From positions 96,001 through 160,000 of the forward strand of contig JAXGZN010000002.1 of assembly GCA_040776945.1 (NCBI GenBank): a stretch of DNA of 64,000 nucleotides, given 5' to 3'. This document shows, one piece after another, positions 48,327 through 58,080 of this stretch (position 1 is the stretch's first letter; the number at the start of each line of letters is the position of its first letter). Position numbers and translations under genes: made by a program. Source of the DNA: Methanomassiliicoccaceae archaeon. GTDB lineage: Archaea > Thermoplasmatota > Thermoplasmata > Methanomassiliicoccales > Methanomassiliicoccaceae. Under the pieces are notes generated by a model that ran no database searches, was not told the DNA's origin, and saw only the letters and a list, made by a program, of their open reading frames with translations.

Positions 48327-49122
48327 GCCGCAGGTCTCGCTCATGATCGAAGGGGTCCGTTTCGGATACAACGGCTCGGACGTGCTCAAGGGCGTGGAGT
48401 TCAAAGGGCGGAAGGGGGAGTTCATCGGCCTGATCGGTCCGAACGGCTCGGGCAAGAGCACCCTTTTGCGCCTCATGAACCGCATCCTGCGGCCCCAGGT
48501 GGGCACGATCTGGATGGAAGGCCGGGAACTGGACAAGATGAAGATCGAGGAGATCGCCCAGGTCTGCGCCAACGTGCCGACGGAGTTCTCCGAGGACTTC
48601 AACATGAGCGTGCAGAACCTGGTCTTTCTAGGGCGCTATCCTTTCTCCAAGGGCCTATGGTGGGACAACAAGGAGGACGAAGAGATGGTCAACGAGGCCA
48701 TGAAGCGGTTCGGGGTCTACCACCTCAAGGACCGCAACTTCTCCGAACTGTCGTCAGGCGAGGCCCAGCGGGTCCTGCTGGCCAAGGCCGTGGTGCAGTG
48801 CCCCCAGGTCCTGCTCGTCGATGAGCCGTCCGCGCATCTGGACCTCAAGTACAAGCACGAGGTCATGGAGCACTTGAGGGACATGCTCTCCGGCAATGTC
48901 ACCATAATAATCGCCTCTCACGACCTCAATCTCCTGGCGCAGTACTGCAGCCGCATAATGATCTTGTCCAAGGGCAAGATAGTCGCCTTCGGCACGCCGG
49001 AGGAGGTCATCACCGCGGAGATGGTGGAGAAGGTCTACGGCGTAGAGGTAGCCATCCTGAGGGACGGAGATGCCATCTACGCCCTCCCCAGGCGGACGAA
49101 GCGAAAGGAGGAAGGAAGATGA
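48316..49122 (+). CDS. Corrinoid ABC transporter ATPase (BtuD-like)
   Basis: GPNGSGKST, LSSGE, DEPSAHLD, SHDLN. Confidence 0.9.
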   Translation: MEDEPQVSLMIEGVRFGYNGSDVLKGVEFKGRKGEFIGLIGPNGSGKSTLLRLMNRILRPQVGTIWMEGRELDKMKIEEIAQVCANVPTEFSEDFNMSVQNLVFLGRYPFSKGLWWDNKEDEEMVNEAMKRFGVYHLKDRNFSELSSGEAQRVLLAKAVVQCPQVLLVDEPSAHLDLKYKHEVMEHLRDMLSGNVTIIIASHDLNLLAQYCSRIMILSKGKIVAFGTPEEVITAEMVEKVYGVEVAILRDGDAIYALPRRTKRKEEGR

Positions 49123-50243
49123 GCATCGAGGACAGGGTCAGGCCGGAGGTCCGGGCGATGGTCCGGCCCCGCCACGGGGGCGACGTATGGGGACGCCTGG
49201 AGGTCAAGGACTTCAGCTCGAACGTGAACCCCCTCGGCCCGCCTGAGCGACTGGGCGACTACATCGCCGAGGCCGCCAGGGACATGGAGAACTACCCGGA
49301 CGACAGCTGCGCCGAGCTTAAGGAGGCGATCTCCGCCAGGTATGATGTCCCTTCATCGAGCATAATCGTCGGCGCCGGATCGGCAGAGCTGATAAGGCTG
49401 TTCCCTGAGGTATTCGTCCGCCCTGGGGACCGAGTGGTCATGCCTCGCCCCACGTTCTCGGAGTATGGCTTCGCCTGCCGCCTGATGGGCGCAGATATCG
49501 TCGATCTGCCCCTGCCGGAAAGCGACCGCTTTCGGCTGGACGCCGGAAGCATGATCGAGGAGATGGCCCCCGGGACCAGGTCGGTGTACGTTTGCAATCC
49601 CAACAACCCGACCGCCAGGATGCTTGCCCGCAAGGAGGTCATGGAAGTGGTGTCGGAGGCGGCTCGCAGGGACATCATGGTCTTCCTGGACGAGACCCTT
49701 CTGGAGCTCTCGGAGAGGGACAGGGACGTGAGCTGCGTTCAAGAGGTCGAAGGCCACGACAATCTTTTCATCATCCGCTCCTTCACCAAGTCCTTCGCCA
49801 TGCCTGGCATCAGGGCAGGCTATGGCTTCGGCAACCCGGGACTGATCAGGTTCATGGACGCTGCCCGGCTTTCATGGAACCTGGGGACATTGGAGCAAAG
49901 GGTCGCGACCAGACTGATGTCCGAGGAGCAGGGGCACGTCCGTCGAGCGGTCAACATGCTCGTAGATGAGAAGGAGAGGATGAGGGGCGAGATCGCCCGC
50001 ATCACCTCGAGCAAGGTAGAGCTCACAGATTCCTACTTCTTCTTCCATCACCTGGACGGGCTGGACCTTTCCTCTGGGCAGTTCAGGGAGGCCATGCTCC
50101 GGCATAACGTGCTGGTGCGGGACTGCAGCTCGTTCGGCCCTCCATGCCATTCATATTCAAGGTTCTGCGTGAAGACCAGAGAAAAGGACGACGAGTTCCT
50201 GGACGCGCTGCAGCTGGTTGTCGACGAGACCGTCGGAAGGTGA
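49119..50243 (+). CDS. cobD: L-threonine-O-3-phosphate decarboxylase
   Basis: HGGD, DFSSNVNPLG, CNPNNPT, RSFTKSFAMPGIRAGY, and operon context. Confidence 0.88.
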   Translation: MSIEDRVRPEVRAMVRPRHGGDVWGRLEVKDFSSNVNPLGPPERLGDYIAEAARDMENYPDDSCAELKEAISARYDVPSSSIIVGAGSAELIRLFPEVFVRPGDRVVMPRPTFSEYGFACRLMGADIVDLPLPESDRFRLDAGSMIEEMAPGTRSVYVCNPNNPTARMLARKEVMEVVSEAARRDIMVFLDETLLELSERDRDVSCVQEVEGHDNLFIIRSFTKSFAMPGIRAGYGFGNPGLIRFMDAARLSWNLGTLEQRVATRLMSEEQGHVRRAVNMLVDEKERMRGEIARITSSKVELTDSYFFFHHLDGLDLSSGQFREAMLRHNVLVRDCSSFGPPCHSYSRFCVKTREKDDEFLDALQLVVDETVGR

Positions 50244-50247
50244 GCCA

Positions 50248-51243
50248 ATGGAGACCTGGATATACGCCATCACCATCCCGGTAATGGCGCTGGCCATCGA
50301 CCTGCTGGTGGGCGAGCCACCCAACCGGCTCCACCCGGTGGTGTGGATGGGGAGGCTCATCGGCCTCCTGGACCATAAGGTGGATAGGACCGAGCCTCGG
50401 AACCCTCGCCGGGAGAGGGCGCTCGGAGCATTGGTATCTTTGGGGCCGATCATCATCTTCACGCTGGCGTTCACCGTCATATTGGCCGTTGTACGCGACC
50501 TCCTGGGCACGATCGTCTGGGCTCTGGCAAGCGCGGCGTTGTTCAAGACAATGTTCGCCATACGGGCGCTCGAATCGCACACCGCCCCCATGATCGAGGA
50601 CCTCTGCCGGGACGATCTCGATGCGGCCCGGGCCAAGGCGGCCATGGTGGTATCCCGCGACGTCGACCAGTTGGACAAGGCTCACATCACCTCGTGCGCC
50701 ATAGAGACGGTGTCCGAGAACCTGGTGGACTCCGTGCTCTCGCCGATGCTGTACTTCGGGCTCGCCGGCATCCCCGGGGCGACCGTGCTCAGGGTCGCCA
50801 ACACCGAGGACGGGATGATCGGCTATCTAAATGAGAGATACCGCTACGTGGGGTGGTTCGCCGCTCGTCTGGACGATTGCCTGCACTATGTGGTCGCCCG
50901 GATATCCGTTCCGTTCATCATGCTTGCATTGGCCTTGCTGGGCAAGGACTGGAGGAACGCCTGGCGGGCGGCCCTCCGGGACCGCAGGCAGACCGCCAGC
51001 CCCAACAAGGGCTGGCCCATGGCCGCGGTGGCCGGCGGCCTGGGGGTCAAGTTCGAGAAGGAGGGCTGCTATTGCATGGGCGACGGCGAACTGCCGTCCG
51101 ATCCCAGGGTGATAGGGGAGACCATTAAGGTGATGAAGCTGACCGCGGCGCTGTTCTTCCTTTTAGTGCTTCTCCCTCTTTTCACGTTCATAGGCATCCA
51201 CGTGCAGCTGTTCTTAGAGGACCTGTTCACGGGGCTGTGGTGA
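50248..51243 (+). CDS. cbiB: Adenosylcobinamide-phosphate synthase
   Basis: GEPP..HPVVWMG, VSRD, ETVSENLVD, ARLDD, SPNKGWP. Confidence 0.93.
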   Translation: METWIYAITIPVMALAIDLLVGEPPNRLHPVVWMGRLIGLLDHKVDRTEPRNPRRERALGALVSLGPIIIFTLAFTVILAVVRDLLGTIVWALASAALFKTMFAIRALESHTAPMIEDLCRDDLDAARAKAAMVVSRDVDQLDKAHITSCAIETVSENLVDSVLSPMLYFGLAGIPGATVLRVANTEDGMIGYLNERYRYVGWFAARLDDCLHYVVARISVPFIMLALALLGKDWRNAWRAALRDRRQTASPNKGWPMAAVAGGLGVKFEKEGCYCMGDGELPSDPRVIGETIKVMKLTAALFFLLVLLPLFTFIGIHVQLFLEDLFTGLW

Positions 51244-51247
51244 TATC

Positions 51248-52393
51248 ATGTCCGACTTCGACGTTAGGATCGAGAAGGGAGAACATCTCGGGAAACCGGT
51301 GGCCATCGTCCGCCTTCCCGGCAGGCACAGGGTGCTGAGCTCCACCATCATGGGCGGAGGGCTCACGGAGACCGACACGCTCTTCATACTGGAAGTGAAG
51401 ATGGGCTATGACAATCCGCGCCCCGAGGACGACCTGGAGGAGGTCCGCCGCCGCTACTCGCTGCCGGAGGACAGCGTGGGCTTCATGACCGCCGCGGACG
51501 TGGACCGCGTGCTGACAGTGAAGAGGGACGAGGTGAACGGGAAAGGGGCGATCGCGGTGATCACCGCCGGGGTCACCAACGCCGTGTACGCCGGCGAGCG
51601 GTTGCCGCAGGAGATCATCGACCTGCTGCCGAAGCATGTCGCGGGAACGATCAACATCATCGCGCTCATGGACCGGCCGGTCCAAGACTGCGGACTCGCC
51701 GGAGGGTTCATAACCATCACCGAGGCCAAGTCCGCCGCCCTTATGGACATGGGGGTGAAGGGTACGGGAACGACCAGCGACGCGGTGGCCGTGGCCTGCC
51801 CCATCGGGGACGGGGACAAGTACTGCGGCCCGGCGACCGACGCGGGAATAGCGGTCGCCCGCGCGGTGCGCGAGGGCGTAGCCGACTCCATTCGCAAATG
51901 GAACGGGAACAATACGCGTCCGAGGGACTTCGGCTACCGTCTCGACGAGATGGGCGTGGGCCCGGAGGAGATGTGGGCGGCCGCGCTCGAGCTCTATGTC
52001 CCGGACCCCTCCTGGGAGCTAGACCGGATCAAGGCGATGTTCATGCGCCACCTGTCGGCGCTGAGGAAGGACATCAATGTCAATGCCATGGTCTACGCGG
52101 CCATCGGCATGGAGGAGATGGGCAACCGCGACGAGATGTACGGCCTGGACGGCGGGCGGTTCCGCCAGGACCCCGTGCACCTGGTGGCGGACGAGTTGCT
52201 GGGCATCGCTCTGGCCGAGTACATTGCGGGGACGAAGGGGCTCTTCGAGTACGTGCGGTACGACAAGAGGAAGCCCGGTATCCTGGGCACGCTCGGCCCA
52301 TTCTTGGACGACATCGTGGCATCGCTTATCGGCTCCATCATGTCCCGCATATACACCGAGCTCCTGGAAGGTGAGGACAAATTAGGATCCTAG
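51248..52393 (+). CDS. cbiS: Bifunctional adenosylcobinamide amidohydrolase CbiZ / alpha-ribazole phosphatase CobZ (CbiS-type fusion)
   Basis: N-terminal GFMTAA, GTINI, TEAK, TGTTSDA (CbiZ). C-terminal DINV, LVADELLG..AEYIAG, YDKRKPGIL..FLDD (CobZ). Confidence 0.85.
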   Translation: MSDFDVRIEKGEHLGKPVAIVRLPGRHRVLSSTIMGGGLTETDTLFILEVKMGYDNPRPEDDLEEVRRRYSLPEDSVGFMTAADVDRVLTVKRDEVNGKGAIAVITAGVTNAVYAGERLPQEIIDLLPKHVAGTINIIALMDRPVQDCGLAGGFITITEAKSAALMDMGVKGTGTTSDAVAVACPIGDGDKYCGPATDAGIAVARAVREGVADSIRKWNGNNTRPRDFGYRLDEMGVGPEEMWAAALELYVPDPSWELDRIKAMFMRHLSALRKDINVNAMVYAAIGMEEMGNRDEMYGLDGGRFRQDPVHLVADELLGIALAEYIAGTKGLFEYVRYDKRKPGILGTLGPFLDDIVASLIGSIMSRIYTELLEGEDKLGS

Positions 52394-52398
52394 GCGCG

Positions 52399-53181
52399 TT
52401 GAAGGCGCTGGTCTCGCTGTTCACCATAATCCCTGTCAACGTCACCGGCGATGATGTCGACGAGCTCTCACGCCGGTTCTGGCTTACGCCCCTCATCGGC
52501 CTGTTGTACGGCGCTTTGGCCGGCGGGTTGTTCTTCCTGCTGATCCAGGCGTTCGATCCGCTCATCGGGGCCACGGTCACGCTGCTCGCGGTGCATTCGC
52601 TCAATCGCTTCCTGCATTTCGATGGGCTGATAGATCTAGGGGACGGTCTCATCGCCACCGGGCCGCAGGAGAAGAAGCTGGGGGCCATGAAGGACACTCG
52701 CGTCGGGGCCGGCGGGGTCGGCTTTGGGATTTTGTTCTCCCTGCTCGCCGTCACCGCCCTGTCCTCCGTAACAGGAACTGCGCTTGAGCCCATGGTGTTC
52801 ATCCTCCCCCTGGCCATGGAGGTGCTGGCCAAGAACGCGCTGGTCACCGTGGCCGCACTGGGCAAGCCCCGGGAGGGGTTGGGAAGCCCGTTCGTTGCGA
52901 ACACCCCAAAGAGGCACGCGATCTACTCTGGGATGCTCTCGTTCGCGATCTTGGTCGCCGCACTCGCCGTCGTTCACTGGCCGATGCGGTACGTTCTCTG
53001 TCTCGCCGTCCTTATGGTCGCCAGCAGTTCGCTCATAGGCGCGGCCGTGTCCGCACTGGGCCACCGCAGCTTCGGGTGCGTCAACGGGGACATCATGGGA
53101 GCCACCAACGAGCTGGCGAAGCCTTTGGTGCTAATGGCCGGAATGGCGGGGGTGGTCCTGTTACTGTCGATGCCCTTCTGA
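52399..53181 (+). CDS. cobS: Adenosylcobinamide-GDP ribazoletransferase
   Basis: LHFDGLIDLGDG, MKDTRVGAGG, FGCVNGDIMGA.NE. TTG start. Confidence 0.93.
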   Translation: MKALVSLFTIIPVNVTGDDVDELSRRFWLTPLIGLLYGALAGGLFFLLIQAFDPLIGATVTLLAVHSLNRFLHFDGLIDLGDGLIATGPQEKKLGAMKDTRVGAGGVGFGILFSLLAVTALSSVTGTALEPMVFILPLAMEVLAKNALVTVAALGKPREGLGSPFVANTPKRHAIYSGMLSFAILVAALAVVHWPMRYVLCLAVLMVASSSLIGAAVSALGHRSFGCVNGDIMGATNELAKPLVLMAGMAGVVLLLSMPF

Positions 53182-53780
53182 CCGCGGGCGGCCGCGGGAG
53201 CCGGCTGCGCGATATCCCCACGGAGAAGCCGCTTGTCCAAGTGCTCGGCAGGCCGATGATCGACCGCGTGCTGGACGCGTTCACGGGCACCAGGGCCATT
53301 GAGCATGTCTATGTGTCGGTGAGCCCTCACGCACCGGAGACCAAAAGACATCTGGCGGAGAGGGGAGAGAGGCTGATCGAGACCCCGGGCGCAGGATACT
53401 CCGAGGACCTGAACCAGGCGATGCGCTCCATAGGCGCAGATAAGGTGCTGGTCTGCCCGGTGGACCTCCCGCTGCTCACCTCCGACGGCATCGAAAGCGT
53501 GGTCGCGGCCTCCCGCCGTTCGTCGGCGGGCTCGTTCTGCGTGACGGTGCCGTTAGAGACCATGATATCTCTGGGCATGGCGCTGACCTACTCCCTGGAA
53601 GTGAACGGGCGAAAGGTGGTGCTGTGCGGCGTTTCCGTGGTGGACAGGGAGCAGATGCTGACCGGTCTGGAGCTGGAACAGGACTATATGGTCACCGAGT
53701 CCGAAGAGTTCGCCCTCAACGTGAACACCATGGACGATCTCAGCAAGGCCGAGGCGGCGCTTATGCGAAGACGGGGCTAG
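53160..53780 (+). CDS. cobY: Adenosylcobinamide-phosphate guanylyltransferase
   Basis: DALLTAGGRGSRL, EKPL, GYSEDL, DLPL, NVNT..DL. Start uncertain (GTT 53160 proposed; the ORF caller used GTG 53076). Confidence 0.88.
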   Translation, partial: VTVDALLTAGGRGSRLRDIPTEKPLVQVLGRPMIDRVLDAFTGTRAIEHVYVSVSPHAPETKRHLAERGERLIETPGAGYSEDLNQAMRSIGADKVLVCPVDLPLLTSDGIESVVAASRRSSAGSFCVTVPLETMISLGMALTYSLEVNGRKVVLCGVSVVDREQMLTGLELEQDYMVTESEEFALNVNTMDDLSKAEAALMRRRG

Positions 53781-54079
53781 ATCGCAGATAATAGCTGGCG
53801 AGCGATGACCACTATGGCCAGGATGACCACCGGCCTTTCTTTGCACCATGATCCGATCGGCCCGCCTGATCGCCCGACGTCTTCCTCGAGACGTTCCGCC
53901 CCCCTCTTCCGGAATAGAGCATAGTTCGACCTCAATAGGGCAATGACACAGTGGACCGGACGCGGCCGCTGTGGGGCATGGTCTTGTCAACGACGTTATG
54001 GGCGAGACCAGGCAGACAACGGAACGCGTCCCGGGAAGGCGGAAGGGAACGCTTCCATCGCTCAAGCCCCAATAAGGTC

Positions 54080-55108
54080 TTAGATCAGCATCAGGCCTTT
54101 GCGCCGGGCATGCTCCACCGCCCTGATATGATCCGATCCGGGCAACCTCTTCCTTAGCTCGGCGAAGTCCCACGCCCGATGTTCCGGGCGGTACTGGGCC
54201 ATGATATTGACCGGCGCATCTGGTAAGCGTTCAGAAAGCCAGTCCAGGACAGGGATGGTGCAGCATTCCAGGTGACCGGGCAGCATCAGATGGCGGACGA
54301 TCACCTCGCACTGCGAGGAGGCGACCATGTGGTTCCTTGTGACGACATCCATGTAATCTCTGGCTCCGCAAAGCCGGAACGCGCAATCATCGTTCCCGAA
54401 CTTGAGGTCGGTAAGATGAACGTCCATGGCGCCGTCCAACAGGGACATAGCCTCCCCCGACAGATACATATTCGAGTTCCAGACCTGGGCTATGTTAGCC
54501 TCGGACCGGGCGAGGACCTCAAGCACGTAATGAAGGTCAGGAGCAGGGTCCCCTCCGACCCAATTTATGTTCCGGGCCCCCCTGGCCCGAGCGATTCCGA
54601 GCGTTTCGGCCATCTCCGGGGCGGCAACCTCGGCCCCCGCGTCCGGTCTGGTACTGATGTCATGGTTCTGACAGAAGACGCAGCGGAGGTTGCAGCCGGC
54701 GAAGAATATGGTGTAGGAGGGGACCAGCACCTCTTCCTCCCCCATGTGCATGAATCGGCTGGCAATGCGGGCCGGACCAACTCCGCAATACCCACGCCCC
54801 TTCCGTCTATCGACCTTGCAATCGTGGGCGCAGAACCGGCAAGAGGTCAGCATGTCCCGGGCTATCGCGACCTTGAGGTCCATCAGATTGGGCTTGGCCG
54901 GACCAGGAACGCGATCGGCCTCGACCAGCTCCAGGTACTCTTCCATGCCCTGTTCATGGGCCTTCCACATCCCGGAAGCGTCCAGATCATCGAACGGCTC
55001 GACCGGGACCGCGCGGGCCACCAGATACCTGGCTAACGCCCTGTCCTCCACTAGCGCCATATACCTTCGAAGATAGGGCCCCGTGTTCCAACGCGTCGTC
55101 ATGGTCAT
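54080..55108 (-). CDS. Radical SAM protein, PflX-like (COG1313 type)
   Basis: CRFCAHDCKVDR..GYC, FAGCNLRCVFCQN, VWNSNMY, IVRHLMLPGH, NIMAQYRP. Confidence 0.88.
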   Translation of the reverse strand: MTMTTRWNTGPYLRRYMALVEDRALARYLVARAVPVEPFDDLDASGMWKAHEQGMEEYLELVEADRVPGPAKPNLMDLKVAIARDMLTSCRFCAHDCKVDRRKGRGYCGVGPARIASRFMHMGEEEVLVPSYTIFFAGCNLRCVFCQNHDISTRPDAGAEVAAPEMAETLGIARARGARNINWVGGDPAPDLHYVLEVLARSEANIAQVWNSNMYLSGEAMSLLDGAMDVHLTDLKFGNDDCAFRLCGARDYMDVVTRNHMVASSQCEVIVRHLMLPGHLECCTIPVLDWLSERLPDAPVNIMAQYRPEHRAWDFAELRKRLPGSDHIRAVEHARRKGLMLI

Positions 55109-55113
55109 ACCCT

Positions 55114-55506
55114 TTACCGCTCACCAGCGGCGCTCCGGTGAGCACCGGGGGTCGCAGTCCGATCGATGTGGATGGTCAGGACCTTCGGAACACCGAACGC
55201 CCTTGGCACGTTCTCCCAGGCCATAGCGACCGAGCACGGCCTTAACCCTGTCGGCCTCCGCTCTATGCGGCCCATCCTCCCCAAAGCATCAATGAAGGGG
55301 TCAACGGAGCCGGTCGGCGGTCCCGCCAAGGGCCGGCCCAAAGAGATCCTCCATGCCATGTGGGGACCGTTATCGCTGAGATCCGGTACGATGGGACCAT
55401 GCCGGCGGACCATCCTTCTATCGATGAGATCGCAGAGGACTCTCTTCGGGCCAAGATGGACCATGCCAAGGGAGCCCTCCCCGGGCCCGTCGGATAGCGC
55501 CGCCAA
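55114..55506 (-). CDS. Hypothetical or decaying ORF between cobT and the radical SAM gene
   Basis: 130-aa ORF fills the gap and ends 5 nt before the radical SAM start. TTAAATA upstream. No recognisable motif. Confidence 0.3.
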   Translation of the reverse strand: MAALSDGPGEGSLGMVHLGPKRVLCDLIDRRMVRRHGPIVPDLSDNGPHMAWRISLGRPLAGPPTGSVDPFIDALGRMGRIERRPTGLRPCSVAMAWENVPRAFGVPKVLTIHIDRTATPGAHRSAAGER

Positions 55507-55672
55507 GGTCCATTGGTGAAAGGAGGATATTTAACATAGTCGAAGATGCGGCCATGCCGGTCTTGGCCGACGGGCCCTAGCTGCGCCTCCCCCGTCCTTT
55601 CCATCTCCTCAGGCAGCCTTTGCACCGAGGACGTGGCGGCGCGGTCCCGTAACTGGGAAGATGGCGCCGCGG

Positions 55673-56779
55673 CTACCGCCTGGATACCAGGCGGGCGTAG
55701 TTCTTCTCGATCTCATCAAGGATGGTCCTGGCGGTTATTCTGCCCTCGCTTCGAGCGATGGCGGCTATGGACACCCCGCCGGCCCCCACACCCTCCTTCA
55801 CCAGGCCGGTCTCGTAGACCTTCAGGCCGTCATAGCGGGACAGGGAGAAGTTCAGGTTCATGGACATCACCGGGACCCGGCCGATCTGGGACACCAGGGA
55901 GCGAAGGTCCGAGGTCGTGTCCTTGATGATCCATCTGGTGGTACCAATGGCGATGTTGGCCAACGCCGAATGGTCCATGGCCTTCACCACCGCCAGAACG
56001 GCGGCCATCTGGGTACCGCCTGCCAGCAGGACCGGAACGGTCTCCGAGGCACCGATCGCCAGGCCCGCCGCGGCGGCCATCATGGGGTCTCCGACCGCCT
56101 CGATGGCGGCCATGGGGTCCTTTCTGAATGTCTCCCTCCTCATGCCGCTGGCCTTCAAGCCCTCCTCGACGACCTTAATCTTCAGGGCATGAGGGTTGGC
56201 GGGAAGAGTGCTGGAGACCTTCCCCGCAGCTTCGTACCCCATTGCCGTCAGGACCCCAAGCGCGGTGGTGGTACCTCCGGGAATGGACTCTGCCACCACC
56301 AGATAATCACTTACCTTCGCCAGGTTCTCGCCGGCTATCACCGCCCGGTCGAACACCTTCTCCGGGTCCTTGACCGAACGGCCGGTGCGGATATCATCGC
56401 CGGGGGCGCCGTCCAGCTCGAAGTACGGTACGTGCGGCTTGACCCTCAGTCCGCCGTTGAAAACGAAGATGGGCATGGGGGCAAGCTTCAGGGCGGACAT
56501 GGCCACTATGCCCGGCGTCGGTATGCCGTCCGGGGTCACCGGCACTCCGTCAATGCACTTGCACTTGCCGTAGTGAAGCAGCTCCATGTCGGCCGCGGGA
56601 GTGAAATCGGTGGCCTCCGGGTTCGCCCCGGCCGCGGATATTCCCGGTATCTTCGCCGTTTCAGTGTTGCCGATGACGCAAGTGTAGGTCGGTCTTTTAC
56701 CCCATATCCTCTCCAGGAACCTCTTCCCCAGTTCCTCCTCCAAGCAAATGGTTATGTCCTCGGGAACCTTGAACGACAT
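55673..56779 (-). CDS. cobT: Archaeal nicotinate-mononucleotide:base phosphoribosyltransferase
   Basis: IPGISAAG, TPAADMEL, ESIPGGTTTA, LAGGTQM, VKEGVGAGG. Start ATG 56779. Confidence 0.92.
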   Translation of the reverse strand: MSFKVPEDITICLEEELGKRFLERIWGKRPTYTCVIGNTETAKIPGISAAGANPEATDFTPAADMELLHYGKCKCIDGVPVTPDGIPTPGIVAMSALKLAPMPIFVFNGGLRVKPHVPYFELDGAPGDDIRTGRSVKDPEKVFDRAVIAGENLAKVSDYLVVAESIPGGTTTALGVLTAMGYEAAGKVSSTLPANPHALKIKVVEEGLKASGMRRETFRKDPMAAIEAVGDPMMAAAAGLAIGASETVPVLLAGGTQMAAVLAVVKAMDHSALANIAIGTTRWIIKDTTSDLRSLVSQIGRVPVMSMNLNFSLSRYDGLKVYETGLVKEGVGAGGVSIAAIARSEGRITARTILDEIEKNYARLVSRR

Positions 56780-56896
56780 CTCAACATCTCCACGAAAGCC
56801 AGTTGGATTATGCATCCAGCCAAATGGTTAGGGCCTATAAAACCGTGTCGAAGGCCGGCCCGCATAACGGAGGCCCCGCGTGCGGCCCAATGTCCA

Positions 56897-57946
56897 TCAT
56901 CGGGACAATAGGGAGCCCATGAGGGTCCCCAAGGGGCGGTGCCGTTCCGCAACCTCGCAGAACCTGGTCGATCGGCTGCTGGACCTTCCGACCTCACCGG
57001 CGGCGTATGGGACCTTCATCTGAAGGTGCTGCCCGCTCAACGAGGAGGTCCCGTGGTCCACCACGAAGGCCACCCGGTAGCCGATCATGCGGTCCAGGTT
57101 CTCCATCAGCAGGTCGTCCACCTCCTGGAGCATGGATACCTTCTGGTCCGGGGCGAGGCGATGGGATATGTCGTCGGTCTCTTCGACATGCATGAACACG
57201 TTGGAGGTTCTCAGCAGGCGGAACGCCTCCTGAAATCCGCTCCACATGTTGTCCACGACCCGGCGGCGCATGTTAAGCACCCCGGCAACTCCCAGCGCTG
57301 ACGGGCTCTTCGAGATGATGACCATGTCCTTGGCCGCGTCCAGCGGCCTGGGGCGGTTCGTCTCGTTCAGGTAACCCCCTCCCCATGGCATAACCGTCAG
57401 GCCATCAAGGTCCTCTGCGGTGCGGTTTATGAACCTCTCGAAATCGCCCATCTCGATCTTGCCGTTCACCGGGGCCGGCGGACTGGGGAAGTCCTGAACA
57501 TGATCGGTATCCACGGTCATGACGCCCCTGCCGTCCTCGTAGAAATAAAGCTTGGGGTTCAGGTCCCCCAGGGCATCAAGGTTCCTTACCATCGCGTCCT
57601 GCAGGCCCCGGTCCATTTCCCTGGAGACCCTGTAGACCCACTCGATCATACCGCCGTTCATCTGAACAGGGGAGAAGCGATAGGCCACCTGATGGCTCTC
57701 CACCGGGACGCCCAGTCCTACCGCCTCGACCAGACCGCGAGGCATGGCCAGAGGTTTGCCGGTGAACAGTTCTAGAAGGAAGAGGTGCGTGTACCCCTTC
57801 CCATCGGTGGTCCCGAATTCGCCGGCGGTGGCGATGCTGTCGATGAACCTCTTGTCCAAGGATTCCAGGGGCGTCCTGCCTCCCAGCTCTGGTATTCTCT
57901 CATCGGCCGCCCCGTCCAGAAGTACCACCAGAGTGTTCATCCCCAT
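56897..57946 (-). CDS. Divergent cofactor-independent phosphoglycerate mutase-like (AlkP superfamily) protein
   Basis: LLDGAADE...GRTPLE, HVEETDDISH, VDHGT...H..VP. Confidence 0.75.
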   Translation of the reverse strand: MGMNTLVVLLDGAADERIPELGGRTPLESLDKRFIDSIATAGEFGTTDGKGYTHLFLLELFTGKPLAMPRGLVEAVGLGVPVESHQVAYRFSPVQMNGGMIEWVYRVSREMDRGLQDAMVRNLDALGDLNPKLYFYEDGRGVMTVDTDHVQDFPSPPAPVNGKIEMGDFERFINRTAEDLDGLTVMPWGGGYLNETNRPRPLDAAKDMVIISKSPSALGVAGVLNMRRRVVDNMWSGFQEAFRLLRTSNVFMHVEETDDISHRLAPDQKVSMLQEVDDLLMENLDRMIGYRVAFVVDHGTSSLSGQHLQMKVPYAAGEVGRSSSRSTRFCEVAERHRPLGTLMGSLLSR

Positions 57947-58080
57947 AAGCTCCCTTTTTGGACCTCATATTGCGTCTGGCTAATATACTTTCCTGAATGG
58001 CGGGACCGGCTTGGCCCGAGCATCGAAGCACCGGTCCGAAAATCGAAAGGAAGATGAGGGCGGCCTTCCATTGACATAAC

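Noticed and set aside
53781-54079. Possible cobalamin riboswitch or small gene after cobY
   Set aside because: No B12-box. Only a short hydrophobic fragment on the minus strand (PVVILAIVVIA) that looks like a remnant.
55661-56911. 416-aa plus-strand ORF
   Set aside because: Antisense shadow of cobT.
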